A stretch of DNA of 45,827 nt from an uncultured Candidatus Saccharibacteria bacterium (GCA_964419595.1 CAYQQI010000002.1:1-45827); one strand, 5' to 3'; counted from the first letter of the stretch, positions 1-10,149 are shown. A program made the numbers and translations. The notes: generated by a model not told the origin, from the letters alone.

Positions 1-654
1 GTTGAGAGCTTCTTCGATATGCGGTCGCACATGATCTACTTTTTCGTAATGCCGGATGTACTTGAAACCGGTTTTTTTGAACAGCGTGGTCGGATGAATC
101 ACGTGGTCATCATTTGACGGAAATACTGACCGATGAAAAGGTAGCTGGTCGAACCACTTTTTCTTTACGAGCCGATATTCCGCACGCGGAGAAAGAAACT
201 GTTCGTCTGCCGCCATGAACACACCGCCCGGTCGCAGCATTCGACGAATATTTTCCATCGCGCCGGTCACGTCTGCGAACCATGGAAGTCCTCCAAAGGT
301 CGTTATCATGTCGAAGCTTTCGTTGGGAAGTCTAAGTTTTTCGACCGGTGAGACGATATATTCGATCGATGTATCAAGGTCTGCACTATCTCGGTGAGGA
401 AGCTGTCGAGCACGCGCGATCATAAGCGGATCGATATCGTTACCTTTGACCTTTATCCATCCCCAGATCTTTAATTGACGCGTGCTGACCCCGGTTCCAC
501 AACCGACATCGAGTATGTCGATCTCACGTGTCGGTTTACCTACTTTACGTCGCCACAATCGCCCAAAGATCCAACTCGGAAAATATAAGCGTCCCTTATC
601 GTAGACGTCGGCTACATGTCCATAATCACCATACCCGCCAGAGATCCTTGCCAT
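1..654 (-). CDS. Class I SAM-dependent methyltransferase. The 3' end runs off the window, so it is absent from the ORF track.
   Basis: My own reverse-strand translation from the ATG at 654-652 gives MARISGGYGDYGHVADVYDKGRLYF...EIDILDVGCGTGVSTRQL...FDMITTFGGLPWF...MLRPGGVF. LDVGCGTG is SAM-binding motif I. The frame stays open to position 1 (218 codons). AAGGA lies 9 nt upstream of the ATG. Confidence 0.8.
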   Translation of the reverse strand, partial: MARISGGYGDYGHVADVYDKGRLYFPSWIFGRLWRRKVGKPTREIDILDVGCGTGVSTRQLKIWGWIKVKGNDIDPLMIARARQLPHRDSADLDTSIEYIVSPVEKLRLPNESFDMITTFGGLPWFADVTGAMENIRRMLRPGGVFMAADEQFLSPRAEYRLVKKKWFDQLPFHRSVFPSNDDHVIHPTTLFKKTGFKYIRHYEKVDHVRPHIEEALN

Positions 655-688
655 TTCGACCATTCCTTTATGTTGTGTGTCAGCGAAC

Positions 689-733
689 GAGGGCCTTTCG
701 ACCCTGCTGAGTCGAAAAGCCCTCGGGCTTTTC
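689..733 (-). promoter_or_regulatory. Two mutually exclusive hairpins inside the predicted 5' leader of the methyltransferase
   Basis: Hairpin 1 spans 689-724 (13 bp plus 1 mismatch, 8-nt loop). Hairpin 2 spans 714-733 (GAAAAGCC/GGCTTTTC, 8 bp, tetraloop). They share 714-724, so only one can form at a time. Confidence 0.35.
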
Positions 734-801
734 AATTCAGCCGAGGACTTGGGGCTCGTACGGTCCTGAGACCGCGGCTGAAATGAAGTTATGTTGTCAG
801 A

Positions 802-829
802 AATATACACAATATATTGAATTTGTCAA
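802..829 (-). promoter_or_regulatory. sigma70-like promoter TTGACA-N16-TATATT pointing at the methyltransferase
   Basis: The reverse strand reads TTGACA (829-824), a 16-nt spacer, then TATATT (807-802). The implied TSS is near 795, giving a leader of about 140 nt. Confidence 0.55.
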
Positions 830-857
830 GTTTTTTAGAACACACATACACCGATAG

Positions 858-2129
<1,272 letters not shown>

Positions 2130-2132
2130 ACC

Positions 2133-2708
2133 ATGAACCTTATCTTGGGTTCGCAATCTAAACATCGCCGAAAGATCCTTTCGGAGATGGGGTATGAGTT
2201 CGAGGTCATGCGACCTGACTTCGACGAAAAGTCTGTTCGTCACGAGGATCCGGCCGAATTGGTCCGTACCCTCGCGCACAGAAAGGCCGATGTACTTTTG
2301 CCTCAGATATTGGAGCCGAGTATTCTCATTACAGCAGACACCGTCGGCATTTGCGACGGCAAAGTGCTCGAAAAGCCGGTTGACGCAGATGAGGTCCGGG
2401 CGTTCTACAAACTGTACGAAAACCACCCATGTGGCACGGTCGGTGCGGTTGTGGTTACCGATACGGCGACCGGGAAAAGGATCGAAGGTGTGGATATTGC
2501 GGCTGTTCACCTGGCTCCGATACCGGAGCACGTTGTGGAGGCTCTGATCTCCGAGGGCGCAGTTTTTAACTACGCCGGAGCAATTACGCTCTACGAACCG
2601 CTCCTGCAGCCTTACGTTCTGAAGATAGAAGGAGAGGTGGAGAGCCTCGAGGGCCTGCCAAAAGCACTGACCATGCGACTTTTGGGGCACATTGGAGTTG
2701 AAAATTAG
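2133..2708 (+). CDS. maf: Maf-like nucleoside triphosphate pyrophosphatase
   Basis: 191 aa with LILGSQSKHRRKIL at the N-terminus, ITADTV and NYAGAI blocks, and ESLEGLP near the C-terminus. It starts 3 nt after the ahcY stop. Confidence 0.85.
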   Translation: MNLILGSQSKHRRKILSEMGYEFEVMRPDFDEKSVRHEDPAELVRTLAHRKADVLLPQILEPSILITADTVGICDGKVLEKPVDADEVRAFYKLYENHPCGTVGAVVVTDTATGKRIEGVDIAAVHLAPIPEHVVEALISEGAVFNYAGAITLYEPLLQPYVLKIEGEVESLEGLPKALTMRLLGHIGVEN

Positions 2709-2753
2709 GTGAATTTCACAAGTAATTTCGCGTGAAGTCAAATAAAATGGCAT

Positions 2754-2779
2754 AAATGTGGCTCTATAGAGCCATATTT
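2754..2779 (+). terminator. Hairpin downstream of maf (weak terminator candidate)
   Basis: AAATGTGGCTC-TATA-GAGCCATATTT forms an 11-bp stem including one G-T wobble. The following T tract is poor. Confidence 0.35.
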
Positions 2780-2784
2780 ATCTA

Positions 2785-2813
2785 TTGACTCGGCATTGCG
2801 AAAATGCTACTAT
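2785..2813 (+). promoter_or_regulatory. sigma70-like promoter TTGACT-N17-TACTAT
   Basis: TTGACT lies at 2785-2790, followed by an exact 17-nt spacer and TACTAT at 2808-2813. The promoter sits inside the track ORF start (2796), which argues for the downstream start at 2841. Confidence 0.6.
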
Positions 2814-2840
2814 CTTCTGGCTGGGGTGACTCGGCAGCGC

Positions 2841-3452
2841 ATGACAACATTTGGTACAGCGGCCGTTACGGGCGCTTTTCTTTTGCACAGTTTTATCCCG
2901 GTAGCATTTGCCCTGGAAAACGACTCTGTAGAGGAGACGCCGGAACTGCCCACATATCCGACTCTGAACGTAAAGATGACCGCTTATAACGCGCTCGCCG
3001 CTCAGACGGACTCTACTCCGGATCGAACCTCGATCGGTGCATACACCAATCCGGACATCGTTGCGGCTCGATCGAAAGATCTTGCCGACGAGTTGCCGTA
3101 TGGAACTGTTATCGAAGTCGTGCCTGTTGCCACCACCTCTCCTCGGGACGTAAATTGCGGTCGTGAATACGTGCACGACCAGATAGGCCTGCGCGTTATC
3201 TCCGACGCCATGAACCCGCGCATCACCAACACCATCGATATTCTCTTGGACCACAATGAGCTGGTGAAGGTGGGTACAAAGAAACGAAACCCCGCCAAGG
3301 CACTCGGTATGTGCAAGAATGTGACCATCAAAATAATCGGTCGTATTGATACGAAAAAAATGCCGAAAACTCAGGAAGAGTTGAAGCTCGCGCTCGAGAC
3401 CCGCAACATTGCAGCTGACGCGGACCTCGCGCTCGCGAAAGTAAGCAAATAA
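2841..3452 (+). CDS. Secreted 3D-domain (RlpA/MltA-like double-psi beta-barrel) protein
   Basis: It has a signal-like N-terminus MTTFGTAAVTGAFLLHSFIPVAFA. The blocks MTAYNALAAQTDSTPDRTSIG, LPYGTVIEV and ISDAMNPRITNTIDIL resemble the 3D domain. I chose the start downstream of the promoter at 2785-2813. Confidence 0.65.
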   Translation: MTTFGTAAVTGAFLLHSFIPVAFALENDSVEETPELPTYPTLNVKMTAYNALAAQTDSTPDRTSIGAYTNPDIVAARSKDLADELPYGTVIEVVPVATTSPRDVNCGREYVHDQIGLRVISDAMNPRITNTIDILLDHNELVKVGTKKRNPAKALGMCKNVTIKIIGRIDTKKMPKTQEELKLALETRNIAADADLALAKVSK

Positions 3453-3468
3453 GTGATATACATACCGT

Positions 3469-4347
3469 ATGCGTGAAGCCAACGTCATACACATCGTGAC
3501 CCCGAAAGGGGTCAATTTAAATGGACTTTGGTTCGGCCCAAAAAAGCCTGAACGTGTTGTCGTGCTTGTGCACGGACTCATGTCGAGCGCATTTTCCATG
3601 CGACGGGTACTTGAACTCGTGGACAAGACGACCGCGGTCCTCACGTTCAATAACCGCGGTCACGGACTCATGAACTATGTTACGAAGAACAGACCGAACT
3701 CCAAGAAACAGAAATGGATACTTGGTGGCAGCGCCCACGAAGTGTTCACCGATTGCGTCGACGATATTGATGGAGCGCTTTCGTATGTGCGTGCTCAAGG
3801 AGTGAAGGTGATCTACCTCGCCGGCCATTCGACCGGTTGCCAGAAGTCCATATATTTTGCATCACGCGGCAATATCAGAAATCTGAGTGGAATCGTACTG
3901 CTCGCTCCCATCAGCGACTATGCGTCGTACCTTGCGATAGACGATAAGGGAGGTAAGTACAAAAAAGCTCTTGCCGCTGCACGAAAGCTCGTGAAAGCAG
4001 GGATGCCGCACGAAATGCTGCCGGCAGAACTTTCCGGAGAATTTACATGTGATGCACAGCGCTTCATCAGTCTCTATACGCCGAATAGTGCGGAAGAGAT
4101 CTTCTGTTACGCATCTCCGAAGAAAGTTCCGAAGACCTTAAAAAAGGTGAAGGTGCCGATACTGACGGTGCTTGCTGAGAAGGATGAGTACGCCGACCGC
4201 TCGGCGAAATCTATGGCTGATTGGTTCACAGCTCATACCTATTCCGGGGAGGTCGCTATCATTGCAGGGTCCGACCATAGCTTTACCGAGCAGGAAAAAC
4301 CGCTTAGGGACGTGATAGTGCGATTCATGAAAGAGCGCTACAATTAA
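3469..4347 (+). CDS. Alpha/beta-fold hydrolase (DUF1749-like)
   Basis: 292 aa with VVLVHGL, the nucleophile elbow GHSTGCQ, and GSDHSF near the C-terminus. TGaTATACA lies 6 nt upstream of the ATG. Confidence 0.75.
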   Translation: MREANVIHIVTPKGVNLNGLWFGPKKPERVVVLVHGLMSSAFSMRRVLELVDKTTAVLTFNNRGHGLMNYVTKNRPNSKKQKWILGGSAHEVFTDCVDDIDGALSYVRAQGVKVIYLAGHSTGCQKSIYFASRGNIRNLSGIVLLAPISDYASYLAIDDKGGKYKKALAAARKLVKAGMPHEMLPAELSGEFTCDAQRFISLYTPNSAEEIFCYASPKKVPKTLKKVKVPILTVLAEKDEYADRSAKSMADWFTAHTYSGEVAIIAGSDHSFTEQEKPLRDVIVRFMKERYN

Positions 4348-4414
4348 GACGTCTTTATACACGTCCGGCATCGTATGTCGGACATTACGCGTCTAATGAA
4401 CCATTGCCAATTTT

Positions 4415-5035
4415 ATGAACCAAAATAAGGGTATTTGGACAGGTGTAGTCTCTCTTATCGTCATCGCAGCACTCGGTCTGTGGTGGCTTGCCGCTAATCG
4501 CCCACTCGGGATGCTTTCGCAGCTGAGTAGCTCCACACCCGCCGCTACCGAAACGAGCTCGAGTACTGAAACCGGTGCAAAAGGCTCGATAACAGTAAAA
4601 AAGGAAACAAGCAAGAAAAACCAGGATGTTGCAACCATTGTGCGCGGACTTTCGAACGGCTCTACGTTCAACGGATATTTTCGGTCAACGGGTGTAGCTG
4701 CAACAATTAATCCGAAGTCAACATCGAAGTACACGGTATTTGTCCCGACCAACGGTGCCTTTGCACAGTTGCCGCCGGGAACCATCTCGAGCATGACAGC
4801 GGCGGAGAAAAAGCGACTTGTGCAATATCACGTTGTATCCGGTCGTGCGGTTGATCCAGACCAAATGACAGCCGGTCAGATCGAATCTCTCTCGCGCGAT
4901 GTGCTGAACTTCAGCTACGGTGCTGATAAACTCCCGCTCGTGAACAGTGCTATTGTGATCACGCAGTACGAAGGTTCAAATGGCGTAGTTATAGTCATTG
5001 ATAACGTACTCTTGCCTCCTAAGACGACCAACTAA
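4415..5035 (+). CDS. Membrane-anchored fasciclin (FAS1) domain protein
   Basis: It has an N-terminal TM segment. The FAS1 blocks are YTVFVPTNGAF, LVQYHVVSGR and NGVVIVIDNVLLP. Confidence 0.8.
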   Translation: MNQNKGIWTGVVSLIVIAALGLWWLAANRPLGMLSQLSSSTPAATETSSSTETGAKGSITVKKETSKKNQDVATIVRGLSNGSTFNGYFRSTGVAATINPKSTSKYTVFVPTNGAFAQLPPGTISSMTAAEKKRLVQYHVVSGRAVDPDQMTAGQIESLSRDVLNFSYGADKLPLVNSAIVITQYEGSNGVVIVIDNVLLPPKTTN

Positions 5036-5060
5036 CACAGGCTCTACATTCCACAAAAAG

Positions 5061-5082
5061 CATCCCGAAAGGGGTGTTTTTT
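5061..5082 (+). terminator. Rho-independent terminator after the fasciclin gene
   Basis: CATCCC-GAAA-GGGGTG forms the stem-loop, followed by TTTTTT. The GTG start at 5074 in the track lies inside this terminator. Confidence 0.6.
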
Positions 5083-5112
5083 GGCTGGAAAGCGTGTTAT
5101 TATCGCGCCAAC

Positions 5113-5958
5113 ATGCCCGAATCAGTCATGACAGAACATGCTGCCGAGGCCGCTCAGATGAGCGGCCTGCCAGTAGGAGCGGAGCACGCCGCTGAGGCGG
5201 CTCATCAGAGCGGCATTCACGTGGCGCTCTCCGCTGAGCAGATCGGCTCGTTCTTCGGCATTCCTCTTACCAATACACTGCTCATGAGCTGGGTCGTGAT
5301 GGTGCTGCTTTTTGGAATCGCTTTGTATGTGCGAGCAAATTTGAGCCTCATCCCGGGTAAATTTCAGACATTCATTGAGCTGCTGTTCAGCTATATTCAG
5401 GAATTCATTGAGACAACTCTAGAAGACAAAGTGTGGGCGCGCCGCATTTTTCCGCTTTTGCTTACTCTCTTTCTTTTTATCGCGCTTGCGAATCTTATTG
5501 AGTTCACACCGGGCATCGGCTCTATCACCGTGTTACATGATGGAGAGACCGCCCCCTTGCTTCGCAGTATGAACACCGACCTGAATGTAACTCTTGCGCT
5601 CACGTTCATTGTCATGTTTGTCATTGAGTTCGCCGGTATCTTTGCGCTCGGATTGTTCAAGTACGCGGGCAAATTCATCAACTTTTCTTCACCCATCAAC
5701 TTTATCGTCGGGCTTATCGAGCTGGTTTCGGAGCTTTCGCGATTCATTTCCTTCTCGTTCCGACTCTTTGGCAATATTTTTGCAGGCGAAGTACTGATAG
5801 CGGTGGTGTCGTTCTTTGTACCGTACTTCTTGCCTGCGCCGGTCATGGCATTCGAAATGTTCGTCGGTATCGTACAGGGAGCCGTGTTTGCGTTGCTCAC
5901 GCTGTTCTTCGTCAAAATGGCGATCGCGGAACCGCACGGGAGCCATGCTGATCATTAG
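5113..5958 (+). CDS. atpB: F0F1 ATP synthase subunit a
   Basis: It is a polytopic membrane protein with the conserved block SFSFRLFGNIFAGE (essential Arg) and is the first gene of the atp cluster. I moved the start to the ATG at 5113, downstream of the terminator and of TGtTATTAT (5095-5103). Confidence 0.9.
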   Translation: MPESVMTEHAAEAAQMSGLPVGAEHAAEAAHQSGIHVALSAEQIGSFFGIPLTNTLLMSWVVMVLLFGIALYVRANLSLIPGKFQTFIELLFSYIQEFIETTLEDKVWARRIFPLLLTLFLFIALANLIEFTPGIGSITVLHDGETAPLLRSMNTDLNVTLALTFIVMFVIEFAGIFALGLFKYAGKFINFSSPINFIVGLIELVSELSRFISFSFRLFGNIFAGEVLIAVVSFFVPYFLPAPVMAFEMFVGIVQGAVFALLTLFFVKMAIAEPHGSHADH

Positions 5959-6034
5959 GATCTGGAATGGCTTCGGTGCGGCTTTGTGATAAAGTAAGGC
6001 CGAATAAATTAGTAGCAATAAACAAACGAATCCT

Positions 6035-6262
6035 ATGGACATGGAATCAGCACGACTCGTCGGTATGGCGATCGCAGCAGGCTTCGGCGTGCTCGGGCCT
6101 GGCATTGGTGTGGGTCTCATCGGCGCAGGTGCAATGGAAGCAATCGGACGCAATCCGGATGCGGCAGGCAAGATCGTTTCAAACATGATCCTTCCGATCG
6201 TGTTCTCCGAAGCGCTCGGCATCCTGGCACTCGTGGTCGCATTCATTATTAAGTTCGTGTAA
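6035..6262 (+). CDS. atpE: F0F1 ATP synthase subunit c
   Basis: 75 aa forming a two-helix hairpin. It has the GxGxGxG-type helix 1 (GPGIGVGLIGAGA), an RNPD loop, and the carboxylate in FSEALGI. Confidence 0.9.
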   Translation: MDMESARLVGMAIAAGFGVLGPGIGVGLIGAGAMEAIGRNPDAAGKIVSNMILPIVFSEALGILALVVAFIIKFV

Positions 6263-6274
6263 TCCTCACCCTGT

Positions 6275-6727
6275 ATGGAAGGTCTCGTATCAGCATTCGG
6301 ATTGGATCTGCGCCTCCTGATCATTCAGGCGGTGAATTTTGCCGTGCTGCTCGGAGGCTTGACCTATTTTCTCTATACTCCGGTCATGAACATGATCGCA
6401 AAGCGTCGGGAGTTGGTTGCCGAGGGGGTGCGTTCCGCTCAAGAAGCGGATCGTGTGCTCGCGCATTCCAAAGAACAGGGTGAGGGGATCATTGGAAGCG
6501 CCGCGCGCGAAGCGGAAGCACTCGTGGCCTCTGCGCGAGCTCGCGCCGATGAGAAGGGACTTGAGATGGTAAAGGAAGCGGAACACAAGGCGCATGCTGT
6601 CATAGCGGATGCTACAGCGCGCGCCGAGGAGGCAAAGCGATTGGCGCTCATGGAGAGCGAAAAGGAAATTACACGTGCTGCGGTTTTGGCCGCGGAAAAG
6701 ATCTTACGCCGCGAGCTCGCGAAGTAA
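6275..6727 (+). CDS. atpF: F0F1 ATP synthase subunit b
   Basis: 150 aa with one N-terminal TM helix followed by a long charged Ala/Glu/Arg-rich helix. It lies between atpE and atpH. Confidence 0.8.
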   Translation: MEGLVSAFGLDLRLLIIQAVNFAVLLGGLTYFLYTPVMNMIAKRRELVAEGVRSAQEADRVLAHSKEQGEGIIGSAAREAEALVASARARADEKGLEMVKEAEHKAHAVIADATARAEEAKRLALMESEKEITRAAVLAAEKILRRELAK

Positions 6728-6733
6728 ACGGGT

Positions 6734-7123
6734 ATGGAAAAGCTGTACGCACAGGCACTATGGCAACTCGTCTCAAACGGGATGGACGCCAAGGATGCAG
6801 TGCATGCGATCTATGACCGACTGGAGAACGAAGGTCGCGCAATACTTATGCCGCGCGTTGCGCATGCGTTTTTTCGTATCGCGGAGCGCGAAGCAAGAAA
6901 GTCGGACTACACGCTGAGCATCGCGCGGGAGGAAGATTTGGCACATGCGAAGAAGGAATTAAAAGCGTATCACGAGGATCTGGGGATCGATTTCGATAAC
7001 CTCAAGACGCAAGTCGACGATTCATTGATCGGCGGCTGGCGCCTCGAGGGAAACGAGAGGCTCGTGGACGTTTCCTACAAAAAACAGTTACTCGAAATGT
7101 ACAACAGCGTCACGCGCGTATAA
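6734..7123 (+). CDS. atpH: F0F1 ATP synthase subunit delta (short form, 129 aa)
   Basis: It lies between atpF and atpA. The C-terminal block LIGGWRLEGNERLVDVSYKKQLLEMY matches the OSCP/delta C-terminus. Confidence 0.65.
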   Translation: MEKLYAQALWQLVSNGMDAKDAVHAIYDRLENEGRAILMPRVAHAFFRIAEREARKSDYTLSIAREEDLAHAKKELKAYHEDLGIDFDNLKTQVDDSLIGGWRLEGNERLVDVSYKKQLLEMYNSVTRV

Positions 7124-7141
7124 CAGATAGTCATCATTACT

Positions 7142-8713
7142 ATGGATTCATCAACGGTACAGAAGATCATCAAGGAGATCGAACACATCTCGCCGAAGTC
7201 ACACTCGGAGCATGTGGGTCGTGTGGTTTCCGTGGGCGACGGCGTTGTCGCTATAGACGGTCTTTCAAAGTCGGTGATGTCGGAGATCATCATCTTCGAC
7301 GAAGAGAAGGGAAAGAAGCTCGCAGATGCGGTGGAGGAAAGCTCGGTACTCTGGGGGCTCATACTGAATCTTGAAGAGGATGGAGTGAAGGCGACCATTC
7401 TCGGCGATACCTCGCGCGTAAAAGAGGGCATGACGGTAAAGTCGACCGGCAAAGTACTCTCCATCCCGGCAGGCGAGAGCATGCTCGGGCGGGTCGTGAA
7501 CGTGCTTGGCGAGCCCATAGACGGAAAAGGACCGTTCACCAACACCACCATGATGCCTGTTGAGCGCGAAGCCTCGGGTGTTATCGACCGAAAGTCGGTC
7601 TCCGTACCGCTTCAGACCGGTATCAAGGCAATCGATGCCATGATCCCGATCGGTCGCGGACAACGTGAACTCATAATCGGTGACCGGGGTACCGGTAAAA
7701 CGACCGTTGCAATCGACGCTATCATCAACCAAAAGAACGAACCGGAAGACAAACGACCCATTTGTATTTACGTCGCGATCGGTCAAAAAGAGTCAAAAAC
7801 AGCTCGAATCGTGCAGCAGTTGCGCGAGACCGGTGCGCTTGAGTACACCATCATCGTTGATGCTCCTGCCTCAGCGCCGGCTGCACTCCAATACCTGGCA
7901 CCGTTCAGCGGTGTGTCCATCGGTGAATACTTCATGGACAAGGGAAAGGACGTGCTCATCATCTACGACGATCTCTCTAAGCAGGCGGTCGCGTACCGTG
8001 AGCTCTCACTCTTGCTTCGACGCCCGCCGGGCCGCGAGGCATACCCGGGCGATGTGTTCTACTTGCACTCCCGATTGCTTGAGCGCGCAGCACGCCTCTC
8101 TGATGAAAAAGGCGGCGGCTCCATTACTGCGCTTCCTATCGTAGAAACGCAGGAAGGGGACGTGTCAGGCTACATTCCGACGAACGTGATTTCCATCACC
8201 GACGGTCAGATGTTCGTTACGGCGGAGCTCTTCAACAAGGGCATCCGACCGGCGATTGACGTGGGCATTTCGGTCTCCCGCGTGGGCTCTGCGGCGCAAG
8301 CGAAGTCGATGAAATCGGTTGCGGGCGGTTTGAAGCTTGAACTCGCACAGTTCCGCGAACTGGAGGCATTCATGCAATTCGCGTCAGACCTTGATAAGGC
8401 GACGGCGGACCGTATCGCATCCGGCCAGCGCATGGTGGAAGTACTCAAACAAAAGAACGGTCACCCCATCCCGCTCGAAAAGCAGGTAGCGATGATATTC
8501 ATTGCCAACAAAGGCTTCCTGCATCAGACGCCGGTCAATAAGGTTGTCGAAGTGGAGCGATTGTTCATGGAATTCATGGACGGCCAATATTCCCACGTGC
8601 TGGAGACCATCAAAACGAGCGCGGTGCTCTCCGACGAATCAAAGGAGGCGATTCTCAAAGCAGGCGAGGAGTTCAAACTCGCTCATCCGGAACTCTTCAC
8701 ACTCAGGGTATAG
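7142..8713 (+). CDS. atpA: F0F1 ATP synthase subunit alpha
   Basis: 523 aa with the Walker A motif GDRGTGKT. The blocks [28 protein letters not shown] and ITDGQ are also present. Confidence 0.97.
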   Translation: MDSSTVQKIIKEIEHISPKSHSEHVGRVVSVGDGVVAIDGLSKSVMSEIIIFDEEKGKKLADAVEESSVLWGLILNLEEDGVKATILGDTSRVKEGMTVKSTGKVLSIPAGESMLGRVVNVLGEPIDGKGPFTNTTMMPVEREASGVIDRKSVSVPLQTGIKAIDAMIPIGRGQRELIIGDRGTGKTTVAIDAIINQKNEPEDKRPICIYVAIGQKESKTARIVQQLRETGALEYTIIVDAPASAPAALQYLAPFSGVSIGEYFMDKGKDVLIIYDDLSKQAVAYRELSLLLRRPPGREAYPGDVFYLHSRLLERAARLSDEKGGGSITALPIVETQEGDVSGYIPTNVISITDGQMFVTAELFNKGIRPAIDVGISVSRVGSAAQAKSMKSVAGGLKLELAQFRELEAFMQFASDLDKATADRIASGQRMVEVLKQKNGHPIPLEKQVAMIFIANKGFLHQTPVNKVVEVERLFMEFMDGQYSHVLETIKTSAVLSDESKEAILKAGEEFKLAHPELFTLRV

Positions 8714-8736
8714 GGAATAGGTGATAGGGAATAGTG
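8711..8736 (+). repeat. Inverted copy of the CTAYAACCT-type leader motif (TAGGGAATAGGTGATAGGGAATAGTG)
   Basis: 19 of its first 21 nt are identical to 27869-27889. It is partly complementary to 8757-8792. Confidence 0.5.
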
Positions 8737-8758
8737 CGAGCGAAAAAAATGCGAATCA

Positions 8759-8792
8759 CTACAACCTAAAACCTACAACCTAAAACCTACCT
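8759..8792 (+). repeat. Tandem 14-nt repeat CTACAACCTAAAAC x2.4 abutting the atpG start codon
   Basis: The direct repeat is read from the sequence: units at 8759-8772 and 8773-8786, and a partial unit at 8787-8792. The ATG is at 8793. No Shine-Dalgarno motif is present. Confidence 0.7.
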
Positions 8793-9707
8793 ATGGCGAA
8801 CCTAAAGACAATTAAACAGAAGATAATCTCGTATAAGAAAACGGGAACAGTAACGCACGCCATGGAGGCGGTTTCTGCGGTAAAGATGCGCAAGGCTCAG
8901 GAGCGCGCAATTTCGGGCCGCTCGTATGCCGCAGCAGCACTCACGGTACTTGAACGAATTTCGAGCACGGCAGATATGTCGCGACACACTTTGATGAGCG
9001 AGCGCGCCGGGAAGACCGCATTTATCGTCGTAACCTCCGATAAAGGGTTGGCCGGCTCACTGAACAGCGCCGTCATCCGCAAAGTGGAAACAGAAATAGC
9101 AAAACGCGGACTTTCTAAGGAAGAGATAGTTATGGCGTGTATCGGACGTCGCGGCGGAGACCACTTTCATGCCCGCGGATTCGATGTGCGACTGCGCGAG
9201 CTCAACAAGCGCGACGATGTGACGGAGGCAGAAATGCGAACCGTCACCGACCTACTGCTTTCCTGGCACCAGTCAGGGGAAATAGGAACCGCTATCATTG
9301 CGTACCAGAACTTTGTATCCACATTTGAACAGGAGCCGACGGTACGACAGATCGTACCGATAACCGCAGACCTGATGCGGGAGACCGTAAAAGGCATTCG
9401 ACCGGCGCGCGGTAAATACGCACCTTCCGGCGAAGTGTCGCAGGCACCGGCTTCCTACGAGATAGAACCGGATTCAGATGCGGTACTTGCGGTGTTGCTC
9501 CCGAAGCTTTTGAACATCGCCGTGTATCACGGATTACTCGAAAGCAAAGCATCGGAGCACTCGGCGCGCATGGTTTCCATGAAAAGTGCTACAGATAAAG
9601 CGAAAGAAATGGCACACAACCTTACGCGCACCTTTAACAAGGTCCGACAGGCTGCGATCACCCGTGAAGTTTCTGAGATAACCTCCGGCATGGAGGCGAT
9701 GCGCTAA
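8793..9707 (+). CDS. atpG: F0F1 ATP synthase subunit gamma
   Basis: 304 aa. The N-terminus is MANLKTIKQKIISYKKTGTVTHAMEAVSAVKMRKAQ. The C-terminus is FNKVRQAAITREVSEITSG. Confidence 0.93.
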   Translation: MANLKTIKQKIISYKKTGTVTHAMEAVSAVKMRKAQERAISGRSYAAAALTVLERISSTADMSRHTLMSERAGKTAFIVVTSDKGLAGSLNSAVIRKVETEIAKRGLSKEEIVMACIGRRGGDHFHARGFDVRLRELNKRDDVTEAEMRTVTDLLLSWHQSGEIGTAIIAYQNFVSTFEQEPTVRQIVPITADLMRETVKGIRPARGKYAPSGEVSQAPASYEIEPDSDAVLAVLLPKLLNIAVYHGLLESKASEHSARMVSMKSATDKAKEMAHNLTRTFNKVRQAAITREVSEITSGMEAMR

Positions 9708-9709
9708 AT

Positions 9710-10147
9710 ATGATGGCCGAGCGCTTCAAGATGCCCGTAGCAGTATTTCTTATTTTAGAGAAGGACGGAAAGATCTGGTTGCAGCGTCGTTTCAATACCG
9801 GCTATAGAGATGGCCATTACGACCTCCCATCTGGGCACGTAGACGGTGGTGAGTCCGCAATACATGCGGTGATTCGTGAAGGGAAAGAGGAAGCAGGAGT
9901 AGATATCCGACCGGACGCACTGAGCGGAAAACACATCCTACACAATAACGACGGGATGGAATATATCCAGGTTTTTTTCAAAGCGGAAGCGTGGACAGGA
10001 GAGCCGAAGAATATGGAGCCGGATAAATGTGACGACTCAGGCTGGTTTCCCTTGCGTGATCTGCCGCAGCCGATGATACCGCATGTAGCTCAGGCTCTTC
10101 AAAATATACAGAATGACGTTCTATACAGCGACATGAACGTAGAATAG
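9710..10147 (+). CDS. NUDIX hydrolase
   Basis: 145 aa with the NUDIX box GHVDGGESAIHAVIREGKEEAGV (Gx5Ex7REUxEExGU). It starts 2 nt after the atpG stop. Confidence 0.85.
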   Translation: MMAERFKMPVAVFLILEKDGKIWLQRRFNTGYRDGHYDLPSGHVDGGESAIHAVIREGKEEAGVDIRPDALSGKHILHNNDGMEYIQVFFKAEAWTGEPKNMEPDKCDDSGWFPLRDLPQPMIPHVAQALQNIQNDVLYSDMNVE

Positions 10148-10149
10148 TC

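Noticed and set aside
5074-5112. N-terminal extensions given by the ORF track (5074 for atpB, 2796, 17303, 18511, 25572, 27071, 29035, 31546)
   Set aside because: The extended starts overlap terminators, promoters or the neighbouring gene, and add residues with no homolog support. Internal Met codons preceded by a -10 hexamer at 6-10 nt, or by GGAG in the case of 31609, fit better.
8759-8792. CRISPR array or minisatellite
   Set aside because: There are only 2.4 copies of a 14-nt unit with no spacers, and no cas genes anywhere in the window.
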